From positions 1-64,000 of IMG/VR virus record IMGVR_UViG_3300025133_000027: a DNA stretch of 64,000 nt; one strand, given 5' to 3'. Source of the stretch: a virus. Positions within the stretch are counted from its first letter, which is position 1; every line of letters begins with the position of its first letter. Shown here in pieces: positions 46,474 to 56,692 of this stretch. Below the pieces are notes generated by a model. That model was not told where the DNA came from. It saw nothing but the letters and a program-made list of their open reading frames with translations, and made no database searches. Position numbers and translations under genes: made by a program.

Positions 46474-47457
46474 ATGAAAAACACAGAAACTATCGATCAA
46501 TTTTTAAAACCATTTAGGCTACTATCAGAAGCCTTTGGTTCTGGCATAATTCAGACAATGAGAGTTTTTGACTTTGATGACACACTTGCTGAAACCGAAG
46601 CCAACGTTATTATTATGCGCCCTCCAAACTATGAAGAAGAAGAGATGAGCCCTGCTGATTTTGCAGTATATGAGCCACGTTCTGAACCTCATCCCGAAAA
46701 AGAGCGTATGGGCATTAATTCACTTGGTGAAGAATTTGATTTCCGAGAATTTGATCAAATTCTAAATCCAGTCAAAATTAAACACGTCACAGCCATCTTT
46801 AAAAGGCTGATTGCTGCTGGTGAGGAAGGTCGGTATGTCTCAATTCTTACAGCAAGAGGACCAGCCGTACAAGAGCATATCCGAGGGTATCTGATGGCTA
46901 TCTGTGAGGATGTTGGGCTCGATCCCTCTCCAATTGAGAAAATGGATATTGTCTGTCTTGGAAGCTCAGATCCGATGAAGAAGGCTGTTTGGATTGTGAA
47001 ACAAGCCAGGAATCATCCCGAGGTTAAACTTATAGAATTCTTTGATGACTCTCCTAAGAACCGTGACAAAGCTATGGAAGTAATTCCAAAAGCTCTTCCC
47101 GGTGTTGAAGTAAAAGTGTTTGACCCTGTTGATCTTGAAGGAAAGGTCCCTTCTTTTGTTCACAATGACATATATAGCGAAGCTAAGGAGCGACTTGATA
47201 AGGAAAAAATGAAGTGTAACACACCTAAAAGAACCCCAAGTCATCCAACTAAATCACATGTTGTAAAAGCTTGCGAAAATGGTAAGGAAAAAATAATTCG
47301 ATTTGGAGAGCAAGGTGCTTCTACCGCTGGCAAACCTAAAAAAGGTGAATCTGCTAAAATGAAGGCAAAGCGTGCGAGCTTTAAGTCTAGACATGGTAAG
47401 AATATAGCAAAAGGTAAAATGAGCGCTGCTTACTGGGCAGATAAGGTCAAGTGGTAA
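46474..47457 (+). CDS. HAD-family phosphatase-like domain fused to a basic C-terminal phage domain
   Basis: VFDFDDTL, LTARG, K, FFDDS; C-terminal IIRFG...RASFKSRH...SAAYW. Confidence 0.8.
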   Translation: MKNTETIDQFLKPFRLLSEAFGSGIIQTMRVFDFDDTLAETEANVIIMRPPNYEEEEMSPADFAVYEPRSEPHPEKERMGINSLGEEFDFREFDQILNPVKIKHVTAIFKRLIAAGEEGRYVSILTARGPAVQEHIRGYLMAICEDVGLDPSPIEKMDIVCLGSSDPMKKAVWIVKQARNHPEVKLIEFFDDSPKNRDKAMEVIPKALPGVEVKVFDPVDLEGKVPSFVHNDIYSEAKERLDKEKMKCNTPKRTPSHPTKSHVVKACENGKEKIIRFGEQGASTAGKPKKGESAKMKAKRASFKSRHGKNIAKGKMSAAYWADKVKW

Positions 47458-47458
47458 T

Positions 47459-47911
47459 ATGTTAATGTTTATAAATGTTATTATCAGCATCGTTGCACTA
47501 CCAATCCTTCTAATCTTTGGGAAACCAAAAAAGGTAAGATTCGCAAAGCATTACTTATCTCCAAGATTAAATAAGAGATTTAGAATCTGCAAGTGGACTC
47601 CAGTATTAGAACTGGAATCAAGAGACTGGTTCGCAAGAATCCAAGGAAACTCTCACATTGCAGCAAACGCTGTCTTATGCTTTATGATTTACCGTAAAGA
47701 GTTCAAAGATAATTCAAAGACACTTATGCACGAGACAATTCACATTATTCAACAGTCATACTTCACACCAATCTTAGTTGGTCTAGTTTATGCGATTGAT
47801 GTGTTTATCTTCCTTCCTTTCCAACAGTGGTATCCTGAAAATTATATCATGAAAATCTCAGTTATTGAGAGACTAGCTTACGATCTAGCTGAGGAAAAAG
47901 ACAATGGATAA
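47459..47911 (+). CDS. membrane-associated HExxH protein
   Basis: LMHETIH--QQ ... ER-AY. Confidence 0.7.
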   Translation: MLMFINVIISIVALPILLIFGKPKKVRFAKHYLSPRLNKRFRICKWTPVLELESRDWFARIQGNSHIAANAVLCFMIYRKEFKDNSKTLMHETIHIIQQSYFTPILVGLVYAIDVFIFLPFQQWYPENYIMKISVIERLAYDLAEEKDNG

Positions 47912-49529
47912 GAAAGATTTCACAAGATTTATTGACAAACCAGAAGCTGCAAAGGTTGATGGTGTTCGCTTAACAGAGAACTTTTTTAAGATCCTTAGAG
48001 AAGGAAAAAGCAATCGTATGATGATTGCTGGCGATAGTCAAGTATATCATACAGGCGGAAGTTTAAAGAGAAAACTAGATGCAAAGGGTTATAACGCTTT
48101 TTTGAATTTTAAAAGTGGAGAATCTACTGGAATGACTATCGTTCGACTTTCAAAGGGAAAGAGTATTAGCCTATCGTTAGTGGTTATTTTAACTGGTGGC
48201 AATAATCCAAGTGCAGCTTATACAGCTAAGAGATTACCAAGGTTAGTTAAAGTAATAAATGATAAATTTGATAACCCAGAGATTATCTTTGGTTTAACAC
48301 CTCCTCTTACTGGAAGGATGGTTCCATATCATGAAGATATGCAGAACAAGAGACAGGAGATTGCTTCAACGATAGCAAACTTTTGTAAAGAAAATAGTAT
48401 TAACTTCTTTGACCCACGTTCATTTATGAAGGATCCCGCATCTATTACTGGCGGTGACGGCCTCCATGTTCAAGGTGCCAATGCAGATAGGTTCGCAAGT
48501 GGAATTCTCAGCGCTGCATCTTTTGGTGATGCTACGAGAGGAGAAAGTGTTGAAGATGATACTTCGAAAAGTACAGAAGACCGAGGACTTGAGCGGTTAA
48601 GGTTAAATGATAGACAACTTATGGGTCTTAATTTTGGTGATAAATTGAGATACGCAAAAGCTAGAGCTAGGAAGTGTGATGCCGCAGGTTATCTTGGTTT
48701 TGGTTCTAATGGGCCAGAGATTCTAAGATTAAAAAAATCGCTCTCAAAATTAGGCTATAATCTCGACACCAGTAACGATTCTTTCGACACTGATTTCCTT
48801 GCGAACGTAGTTGCCTTCCAGAAACACAATGGTTTAAGGCAGGACGGCTGTGTTGGACCAAGCACGGCTGATTGGATCTTGGAGAAAGCTAAAAAAGCTT
48901 CTGAAAAGAAAGATCCAAATGCTTCACCAGATTCAAAACCAAAACATAGTAGCTTACGTAAGAATGAAATTACTGATATGATTTATAGAAAATATGCTAA
49001 AGCTGGCCTAAACAAAAATATTGCAGCGGCTGCAATCATAAACAGTCTCGCAGAATCAGGTTTAAAATATTATTTAGTTGGTGATGGTGGCAATAGTGTT
49101 GGGTTATTTCAACTCCACAGGGGGAGTAAGAGTAGACCCTTTTGGAAAAGTGCAGGTTTAGATCCAGACATTGCATACGATACCCGTAAACAGTTTAGAG
49201 AATTATGTAAAAGTCAAAATCTACCACCGGGAGGGTATAAATGCTCGGTTAGGGCTTCGGGAATGAAAGAGTTCGCCCGCAAAAGAGAACGTGCTGGTGA
49301 TTGGAGATTCAACCCGGAAAGAAACACAGAAGCAATTATTAATATTGAAGTCAAAAGAGGGGCTGGTAGAAAACTGAGATCTGCTGACAGAGCTGGTGCA
49401 TCAATTCCTGAGCTTGCTGCTATATTTTGTAGGGATATTGAACGACCTGCAAATAAGAGTAAGGGAATGCGGAAGCGACGAAAAATAGCAACAAAAAAAT
49501 TTGGAAACAGAAGATTACCTGACAGTTAA
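47904..49529 (+). CDS. SGNH esterase + PG-binding + phage tail lysozyme-like fusion
   Basis: GDS, G--T, GGNN, DGLH; AFQ--NGL-QDG-VGP-T; N---ESG...GDGG-SVGLFQ...ERPA. Confidence 0.8.
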   Translation: MDKKDFTRFIDKPEAAKVDGVRLTENFFKILREGKSNRMMIAGDSQVYHTGGSLKRKLDAKGYNAFLNFKSGESTGMTIVRLSKGKSISLSLVVILTGGNNPSAAYTAKRLPRLVKVINDKFDNPEIIFGLTPPLTGRMVPYHEDMQNKRQEIASTIANFCKENSINFFDPRSFMKDPASITGGDGLHVQGANADRFASGILSAASFGDATRGESVEDDTSKSTEDRGLERLRLNDRQLMGLNFGDKLRYAKARARKCDAAGYLGFGSNGPEILRLKKSLSKLGYNLDTSNDSFDTDFLANVVAFQKHNGLRQDGCVGPSTADWILEKAKKASEKKDPNASPDSKPKHSSLRKNEITDMIYRKYAKAGLNKNIAAAAIINSLAESGLKYYLVGDGGNSVGLFQLHRGSKSRPFWKSAGLDPDIAYDTRKQFRELCKSQNLPPGGYKCSVRASGMKEFARKRERAGDWRFNPERNTEAIINIEVKRGAGRKLRSADRAGASIPELAAIFCRDIERPANKSKGMRKRRKIATKKFGNRRLPDS

Positions 49530-49561
49530 TTAAAAAGTTTTAATATAAGGATTTAAATAAA

Positions 49562-50212
49562 ATGAATGCAAATGAATATAACAGAAAAAGGCTTAGAAGC
49601 GGAGATATTCCAGATAGTGTAATAACTAAGATGGTAGAGCTTTGGCAAGAAGAGCACGGTCTTGATGTCGATGGTAAGCTTGGCCCGATAACTTTAAAAT
49701 CAATTGGAGCCGAGACAACTTTCGAACCTGATTGGACTACTGATTCTAAGAGAAAGTGGGCAGAAGAACTTTACGGAGCATTCCGCTTTAAGAGCCAACC
49801 TAACGGTAGAATCGTAATTTCATCAACATGGGTCAGAGAAAACATTGTAAGAGTAGAATTACATAACGGAAAGAAGGTTCGCATCAATAAGAAGATTGCA
49901 GAACACTTCAAGACTACTTTTAAAGAAGCATGTGAGAAATCTGGCTATACACCAAATTCTGTTCAAACATTTGTCCCGAGACACACCCTCTGGAATACTA
50001 GCAAATCAGTAAGTGCTCATAGTTGGGGTTGTGCTGTGGACTTTGATCCTCCAAAAAACCCAATGGGCGGAAAAATCAAGAAAACAGGCAGGCCTTCTCT
50101 TCTCAGAACACATCCAGAATTTGTCAAGGTTTTCAAGGATGCTGGCTGGACTTGGGGCGGTGATTGGCGCATGAAAGACGATATGCATTTCGAACTCAGG
50201 AAGGAGCTTTAA
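49562..50212 (+). CDS. endolysin: PG-binding + M15 family peptidase
   Basis: GL-VDG-LGP-T; SAHSWGCAVD; WGGDW--D-MHFE. Confidence 0.88.
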   Translation: MNANEYNRKRLRSGDIPDSVITKMVELWQEEHGLDVDGKLGPITLKSIGAETTFEPDWTTDSKRKWAEELYGAFRFKSQPNGRIVISSTWVRENIVRVELHNGKKVRINKKIAEHFKTTFKEACEKSGYTPNSVQTFVPRHTLWNTSKSVSAHSWGCAVDFDPPKNPMGGKIKKTGRPSLLRTHPEFVKVFKDAGWTWGGDWRMKDDMHFELRKEL

Positions 50213-50217
50213 GATCC

Positions 50218-52074
50218 ATGCTGACGACCATCAACGATAACAGTCAAGAGAAATATGCTGAAATTCACAAGGAGGAACTTGATAGCTTCTTACCTTATTG
50301 TCAAGAAGAATTAGGTTTTAAGAAACCTGTCAGTATTAACTTTGAATCAGACGAAAACAACTCTAAAGAATTATTTGGCAAAACTGCTTTTTATAATCCA
50401 AAAGAGATGTCAATTACTATTTATACTAGTAAAAGGCATCCTAAAGATGTTTTTAGATCAATGGCTCATGAGTTAGTTCACCACTGCCAGAATTGTGATG
50501 GACGGTTCGACAACATGACAATGGAAGATGGATACGCACAAGATAATAAACACTTGCGCGACATGGAGAAGGACGCCTATCTAAGAGGCAATCTATTACT
50601 AAGGGATTTCGAGGACCAACAAAAAATGAAAAATAACAAAGACTTAAAAATTGAACAAAAGATCAACAGCTCTCTCGCTGTATTACTTGCCGAAGCTGTT
50701 ACTCAGAGTATGGGTAATGACGATATGTATAAAGATCAAGCACCTGCTCCAGAGCTTGGAAGTGTTGCACCTAAATGGCGCAAGTGCTCTGGAACTTTAA
50801 GAACTGGTTGCAGAGGTCGTAATGTTGAAGATCTTCAGATAAGATTACAAAAACTTGATTATCTAACAAAAGAAGATATCGATGGTCACTTTGGCCGTGA
50901 TACAACAATCGGAGTTAAAGGTCTACAGATTGATAACGATGTTCCTCAAGATCAAGTTGATGGAGTTTTTGGAAAAAATACCCTAGCACTTCTAAAGAAA
51001 CTAGAAGGAATTCGTGGGGTAGATGCTAACGACAGAATTGCTCGTGCTGATATCGGTGGAGCCGAAGCCTCTGCAATGAATTCTATGTCTAAGCTTGGCA
51101 GGAATGCAAAAGCTCCCAGCAGTGTTCCAGCTAGTCCAAATCCTAGTTCCAGAGTTGACCTTAGCAGGACCGCCAGTGGCGGTAGACCAATGGATGTTCA
51201 ACTAGATGACAATCCAAATCTTCGTGAGTCAAAAGAAAGAGTTCGTGGCTTGATTCAAAAGAAGCCAATGGATGCATTAAGGATTTTAAATTCATTTGCT
51301 AAAAAAGGTGGTATCGAGAGGGATGAGTTAAATTATGCTCAAAAATTAATAGAAAAGCACGGGAAGCAGGTCTTGAGGCAATTCCCGAACCTACGAACTG
51401 CTTTAAAGAATAAAATTGGTAAGCCAGAAAACTATACGAAATTTAAACCATCAGATAAGATTCCAAAAGATGGCACTAGAGGACCAACCTCTGGCAAGTC
51501 TAGCATTGATACAGATGGCACTAGAGGACCAACCTCTGGCAAGTCTAGTGAGCTACCAGCCAGCCGTCCTCCTAAGGCTTCTCCTGATAGAAAGAAATCT
51601 AAGTGGCGCAAGTGTTCTAAAAATTATAAAAGAGGATGCAGCGGAGATATGGTTAAAACCATTCAGAGCCACCTTGGTTTTAAAGAAGAAGACATTGACG
51701 GTAAATTTGGCGGGGTTACTAAGAGAGCTGTTGTTAAGTTTCAAGAAAAACATGGTCTTAAAACTGATGGTATTGTAGGTGAAAAGACCTATAAAAAATT
51801 GAGTCAAATAGCTTTAGCAGGTAAACCAAAGGCGAGTCCAAAGGATAAACCAAAATCCTTACCGAAAAAGCCTGCTCCAAAGAAGAGACCAAATTCCTCA
51901 CCAGAAGCCCCTCCAAGATCTGGGCCGGGAGGGGGTATTCGCCGTAATGGAGTGCCACTACCACCGGCGAATGAGGAAAAACACCCAGTTGGAAACGGAC
52001 CTAGACCAGTAAATGAAAACCAGAATTTCTTAAAGAGTAGGTTTACTCGCCTATTGAAAACAGAAAGATCATAA
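50218..52074 (+). CDS. HExxH domain + two PG-binding domains, probable virion protein
   Basis: AHELVHH-Q...E--AY; two DG-FG--T repeats; AAGGAG SD; internal 35-bp direct repeat. Confidence 0.8.
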   Translation: MLTTINDNSQEKYAEIHKEELDSFLPYCQEELGFKKPVSINFESDENNSKELFGKTAFYNPKEMSITIYTSKRHPKDVFRSMAHELVHHCQNCDGRFDNMTMEDGYAQDNKHLRDMEKDAYLRGNLLLRDFEDQQKMKNNKDLKIEQKINSSLAVLLAEAVTQSMGNDDMYKDQAPAPELGSVAPKWRKCSGTLRTGCRGRNVEDLQIRLQKLDYLTKEDIDGHFGRDTTIGVKGLQIDNDVPQDQVDGVFGKNTLALLKKLEGIRGVDANDRIARADIGGAEASAMNSMSKLGRNAKAPSSVPASPNPSSRVDLSRTASGGRPMDVQLDDNPNLRESKERVRGLIQKKPMDALRILNSFAKKGGIERDELNYAQKLIEKHGKQVLRQFPNLRTALKNKIGKPENYTKFKPSDKIPKDGTRGPTSGKSSIDTDGTRGPTSGKSSELPASRPPKASPDRKKSKWRKCSKNYKRGCSGDMVKTIQSHLGFKEEDIDGKFGGVTKRAVVKFQEKHGLKTDGIVGEKTYKKLSQIALAGKPKASPKDKPKSLPKKPAPKKRPNSSPEAPPRSGPGGGIRRNGVPLPPANEEKHPVGNGPRPVNENQNFLKSRFTRLLKTERS

Positions 52075-52084
52075 GGGACTATTA

Positions 52085-54235
52085 ATGAAAGTTATTATAC
52101 ACGAAAGAAAAGTGAAACCTGATGACGAGCTTCTTTTAGAGTGGGAGTGGTCTGACGTTTATGATTTTGCATCAACAGCAGGTCATTTTGCTCTTGATAT
52201 TGGAGGCTTGGCTCCTGGGGCTGGGATGTTTATTGATGGAGCAAACGCAGCTTGGTATGCCGCAGAAGGAGATTGGCTAATGGCGGGCATGTCTATCGCT
52301 GCTGCCCTCCCAGTTTTTGGCTGGGGAGCTGCTGCGATTAAACTTACCGGCAAGGGTGTTGCTGTACCTTTTAAGATTGTGCGTCAATTTGCAAAAGATG
52401 CTAAGATTTTTAATAAAGCTGTTGATAAATTTGCCAAAACAGCCGGTCTTGGTAAGGATGTCGCTAAAAAAATAAAAGACGCAGTTGCTGCTAAAATGTC
52501 AGGGAAAGCTATCAAGCCCGCTGGTAAGCTTGTCCCTTCTTCTGTTGGAAAGGAAGCAGCAAGTGTTGCAAAGAAAGAAATCAAAGAGATTAAGAAACTT
52601 TTTGATGGTGTTGTCGAGAAAATCCCTCTCCCTGACAGCTTAAAAAAAGAGTATATAAAAAGAGTTCTTGAACTAAAAAAACTAAACCTTAAATTAGATG
52701 GTCTTAAAGGCACGAAAAATTCTGCCGCAATTAGTAAGTTAACAAAAAAGATTAAAGACAAAGAAAAGGTTTTAGTTGGTTCAATGAAAAAAAATCAACT
52801 AAAAGCTGCGGATATAAAGAAAATCCTAAATTATTCTAAGGCCGGTATCAAGGCCGGCGCAAAGACGGCTGGTGACGCATCTATAAAGACTGCTGCGAAG
52901 ACTGCTGCAAAATCTGCTAAAGATGCTGCAAAGGCCGGTGCAAAGACTGCTGCTAAGGCGGCTGAAGATGCTGCGATAAAAATCAAGGATGGGCTTATTA
53001 AGTATAAAGGCAAATTACCAACAATAGATGCTGCGATAAAGAAACGTATTTTTACTTTCGTAAGAAAAACAGCTGTAAAGTCTATAAGTTTTCAAATTGA
53101 TTACCAAAGGCTCAAAGATGAGCTTGATAAAACAGGTATTACAAAATTACTAGAAGAATTAGAGATTATCGGAGGGTTGGAAGAGATCTATAATGATATC
53201 AAGGAATGGGCTTGCTCTAATTATTCGGGTTTCTTCTTTTGCGATGATTCACAAAAGGATGTTCCACCGTCTGTTGATGATGACCCCGAGAAAAAAGACC
53301 CTACTCCAGGCCCGAAAAAGTCCCCTAGGTGCGATAATAACTATTTAGAAAAAGGTTGCCGAGGTAATAGAGTTAAAACCCTCCAGCGTGTTCTTATCCA
53401 TCTTGAAGGGCCACTAACTGTCGGTCGTCGTCGCGCAGATGGAATATTTGGTGTACAAACCAAGAACGGAGTTGAAAACTTTCAAAGAAAACACGATCTA
53501 AAGGTCGATGGTATTGCAGGTCCGCGCACTTTTAAAAAGATAATTGAGTTAATTGAAACAAAACGTAATAATGATGGTAAAACCACAAAGATTAAAAATC
53601 CCGAAGCAGAGTTCGAAAAAGGAGTTGCTGGATTATCTGATAAAGAAGTAGCATCTGCTGTAGGTTCCGATGGCGATATTGAACAAGAAACTAGTAAGGG
53701 CTCAAAAAGTCCCTATTGGATGTCAAATGAATGGACTAGATTGAAGCGTTTTGACCAAAAAGGTCCCCAAGGACAGCGATTAAAGAAGAAATTGATTGCA
53801 CAAGGCTGGGCATCTACGGTAAACGAAAATGTATCTAACGACCTTAATATGGCAATCAAAAGCATTAAAAGCGCTTCGGAAAAGCTTCGTAAGAAAGACC
53901 AATCGGCCCAATCTTCTGTTGATGAGAAAATAAGTAGTTTAAAACTTGGTTCCCGTGATCCGAAAGTGAAAGAATTTCAAAAGCTTCTTGGTATTACCCC
54001 ATCTGGTGTTTTTGACTCAAAGACAAAGGCTGCTGTTGAGAAATTTCAGCAAAAACACGGCCTTGAAGTTGATGGGGAAGTCGGAAGTCTAACATTTGAT
54101 AAAATTCAAAAGGCAAGTGACCTAAGATCCTCGATTCAAGAGAATAAGGTTCATAAGAACTTTCACTATAATATTATTCAAGAAAAAATGCTAAGATTGA
54201 ACAGAGAATTAATGAAAGAATACAAAAAGGGATAA
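52085..54235 (+). CDS. pre-toxin TG-like domain + Ala/Lys-rich linker + two PG-binding domains
   Basis: HFALDIGGLAPGAG-FID-ANA-WY--EGD. Confidence 0.75.
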   Translation: MKVIIHERKVKPDDELLLEWEWSDVYDFASTAGHFALDIGGLAPGAGMFIDGANAAWYAAEGDWLMAGMSIAAALPVFGWGAAAIKLTGKGVAVPFKIVRQFAKDAKIFNKAVDKFAKTAGLGKDVAKKIKDAVAAKMSGKAIKPAGKLVPSSVGKEAASVAKKEIKEIKKLFDGVVEKIPLPDSLKKEYIKRVLELKKLNLKLDGLKGTKNSAAISKLTKKIKDKEKVLVGSMKKNQLKAADIKKILNYSKAGIKAGAKTAGDASIKTAAKTAAKSAKDAAKAGAKTAAKAAEDAAIKIKDGLIKYKGKLPTIDAAIKKRIFTFVRKTAVKSISFQIDYQRLKDELDKTGITKLLEELEIIGGLEEIYNDIKEWACSNYSGFFFCDDSQKDVPPSVDDDPEKKDPTPGPKKSPRCDNNYLEKGCRGNRVKTLQRVLIHLEGPLTVGRRRADGIFGVQTKNGVENFQRKHDLKVDGIAGPRTFKKIIELIETKRNNDGKTTKIKNPEAEFEKGVAGLSDKEVASAVGSDGDIEQETSKGSKSPYWMSNEWTRLKRFDQKGPQGQRLKKKLIAQGWASTVNENVSNDLNMAIKSIKSASEKLRKKDQSAQSSVDEKISSLKLGSRDPKVKEFQKLLGITPSGVFDSKTKAAVEKFQQKHGLEVDGEVGSLTFDKIQKASDLRSSIQENKVHKNFHYNIIQEKMLRLNRELMKEYKKG

Positions 54236-54236
54236 T

Positions 54237-54590
54237 ATGAGATCTAAATTAAGAAAATTTGTTAAAATACTTGCAGAACAAGCTAATGATAAACTTACAG
54301 ACGATAACGTCGAGTATTACATTGAGCAGTATAATAAATCCGGTAAGATCAAAACTACTCATGGTAGTAAATCACCAAAAAAAGCTAAAACTGTGCAAAA
54401 AAAGATTATTAAGCCCAAACCACCAGTAGAAGTGGTAAAAGAAGTCGAAACAAGGCCATTAATTGATGAAATGACCTATGTTGAACTTAGAAAACTAGCC
54501 AAGGAGCTAGGTATGAAGAGAATTGGTCGAACTGGCAAAATGAAACTGATTGGTCTTATCAAAAAGGAGTATGACAGTAGATCTGTCTAA
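54237..54590 (+). CDS. Rho-N/HeH-like domain protein
   Basis: MTYVELRKLAKELGM...K--LI--I. Confidence 0.65.
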   Translation: MRSKLRKFVKILAEQANDKLTDDNVEYYIEQYNKSGKIKTTHGSKSPKKAKTVQKKIIKPKPPVEVVKEVETRPLIDEMTYVELRKLAKELGMKRIGRTGKMKLIGLIKKEYDSRSV

Positions 54591-54592
54591 TC

Positions 54593-56650
54593 ATGGATAA
54601 ACATATACTACATATATACGAAAACCCCTTCTTAACCATGTTCGAGTTAAAGAAGATGCTTTCAGATTTATGTTATGGAAGGATCCTTTTTACTGAGAAG
54701 TTCGATGGACAGAACTTATTGCTATCTTATTCCACGAGAGACTCCTCAGTCCGTATTGCACGCAGTAATACCCACTTAAAAGCTTCAGGAATCGATCCAG
54801 AAGCTTTTAAAGCCCTATATGTGTCAAAACCACACGATTATCAGCGTATTGTTGACTCATTTGTCGATTCTGCACTAGAATTCGAGAAATTCGCTAAAAG
54901 CCTACCTATTAGAGAGCAAATTGAGCTATTTGGACAAGATAACGTCGGAAACCCTACTATCTTCTGGAATTTTGAGGTAATTAACCCTTCTGTCATCAAT
55001 CTGTTGCCATATGATGGTAGTAAGTATCTAATTCTGCATAAAACAGGCCATAAACAGACCACAGACGGCAATAAACTCGTTAAATTCTTTGTAAATGACC
55101 GTTATTACCAAAAAATGCTTAAAAAAGTGGGTATTTTCATCAAAAATAGCGAAAATACACCTTTAAAAGTTAATGAAATGCTTGATTTTAGTGAAAATAA
55201 CACTAAAAGTGCCCTAGATATGTTCCTAAATAGGCTAAAAGTGCTCCAAAATAAGCTCAAATTGGCCGAAAAAAGCACTATTTTGGAGTATTTAATAGCT
55301 ATTTTAACCCCTAAAATACAAGATGAATTCCAAATAACGCCCGAAAAGCACAAACTTATTATCAAAAGAATCATCGCAGACGCCAATCATGGCCAATATA
55401 TAACGAAACCAAAGCTTTCAGAGATCGTTTTAAACGTATCTTTGGAAGATAAGAACGATATTAAGAAGTTTTTGAGGAGTGAGAAGCCTAGAGAGTACTT
55501 TAATGACGCAATTAGGCCTCTTGAGCTCTTAATTCATGAATTTAGTGTATCTTTGCTTCAAACACTAGAAAGTCAAGTAGCAACTAATAGTCCTGAATTT
55601 AACTCTGATTTACAGCAGAAAATGAAGGAATTTGTTAAAAAACCACCTGTTGACCTTCCAAATTCATATAATAGACATATTGAGAAGATTGGTAACTTAA
55701 AAGACATCAATATCAAGCTTGAGGGCGTAGTATTCGAGTTTGATGGTCATGTATACAAATTAACAGGTAATTTTGCTCCTATTAACCAATTATTGGGTTA
55801 TCAGAAGTATAGAAAGACCTTTCAAGCTCCTACTAAAGAAGAGCTTGACTTTGAAGTTAAGAATCTTCAAGGAAAACTAGCTATTATCCCTGGTGGCTTT
55901 AAACCACCTCATAAGGGACATGTAGCCATGATTAAGCACTATCTCTCCAAAGGAGGAGCTGAGAAGGTCTTAATGTTCATGGGTAAGAAACCTAGGCCAG
56001 TAAAACACCCTGATACCCACGAAGTAGTCGATCAGATTGATTTTATGAAGGCTAAAAAGATATGGGACATATATTTAAGCAATGAAAACCTATCTCATAG
56101 GGTTAAAATCGTAGAATCAAGCGATAAAGGGCCTTTATATGATGCTTATAAATATATTGAGACAGAATCACAGTCTGGTGACTATATAATACTAGGACTC
56201 TCTGAGAAAGATCCTGAGAGATTTAAAGGTGTCAATAAGATCAAACCAAAGGGTGTTACCATACAAACAGATAATTTTAGCCCATTTAAGACATTTGCAG
56301 GCTCGAAAGTAGGAATCTCAGCTATTGATTTCAGAGATGCTATTGCGGTACAAGATAAGAAAGAAATTTTAAACTTTATACCAATTAGCTCTCATAAAGA
56401 CATGAATAAGATCTTTAAGGTTTTATTTACTAAATCTAAGGTTGAAGTTAAAAAAAAACCCAAACAAGAAAGTCTTTTGGAGTCTATTTTGGTTAGAATC
56501 ATGAAAGATATAGCCCTAGACGAGATGTCAAGCATGAGTGGGGGAGCTGTCGAAGGTTCTCCTGCTGGTGCTTGGGATAAACCTAAAGAGCCCATTAAGT
56601 TAGATGGGTATACAAAAATAATTGAGAGTATGATAAAAGATCTATTATAG
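54593..56650 (+). CDS. ligase-like nucleotidyltransferase domain fused to HxGH cytidylyltransferase-like domain
   Basis: TEKFDG, EGVV, KLTG-FAPINQ; PGGFKPPHKGH; SA-DFR. Confidence 0.75.
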   Translation: MDKHILHIYENPFLTMFELKKMLSDLCYGRILFTEKFDGQNLLLSYSTRDSSVRIARSNTHLKASGIDPEAFKALYVSKPHDYQRIVDSFVDSALEFEKFAKSLPIREQIELFGQDNVGNPTIFWNFEVINPSVINLLPYDGSKYLILHKTGHKQTTDGNKLVKFFVNDRYYQKMLKKVGIFIKNSENTPLKVNEMLDFSENNTKSALDMFLNRLKVLQNKLKLAEKSTILEYLIAILTPKIQDEFQITPEKHKLIIKRIIADANHGQYITKPKLSEIVLNVSLEDKNDIKKFLRSEKPREYFNDAIRPLELLIHEFSVSLLQTLESQVATNSPEFNSDLQQKMKEFVKKPPVDLPNSYNRHIEKIGNLKDINIKLEGVVFEFDGHVYKLTGNFAPINQLLGYQKYRKTFQAPTKEELDFEVKNLQGKLAIIPGGFKPPHKGHVAMIKHYLSKGGAEKVLMFMGKKPRPVKHPDTHEVVDQIDFMKAKKIWDIYLSNENLSHRVKIVESSDKGPLYDAYKYIETESQSGDYIILGLSEKDPERFKGVNKIKPKGVTIQTDNFSPFKTFAGSKVGISAIDFRDAIAVQDKKEILNFIPISSHKDMNKIFKVLFTKSKVEVKKKPKQESLLESILVRIMKDIALDEMSSMSGGAVEGSPAGAWDKPKEPIKLDGYTKIIESMIKDLL

Positions 56651-56692
56651 ATTCTATATAGAAGAGTATATAGTATATAGGAAAGAATAAAT

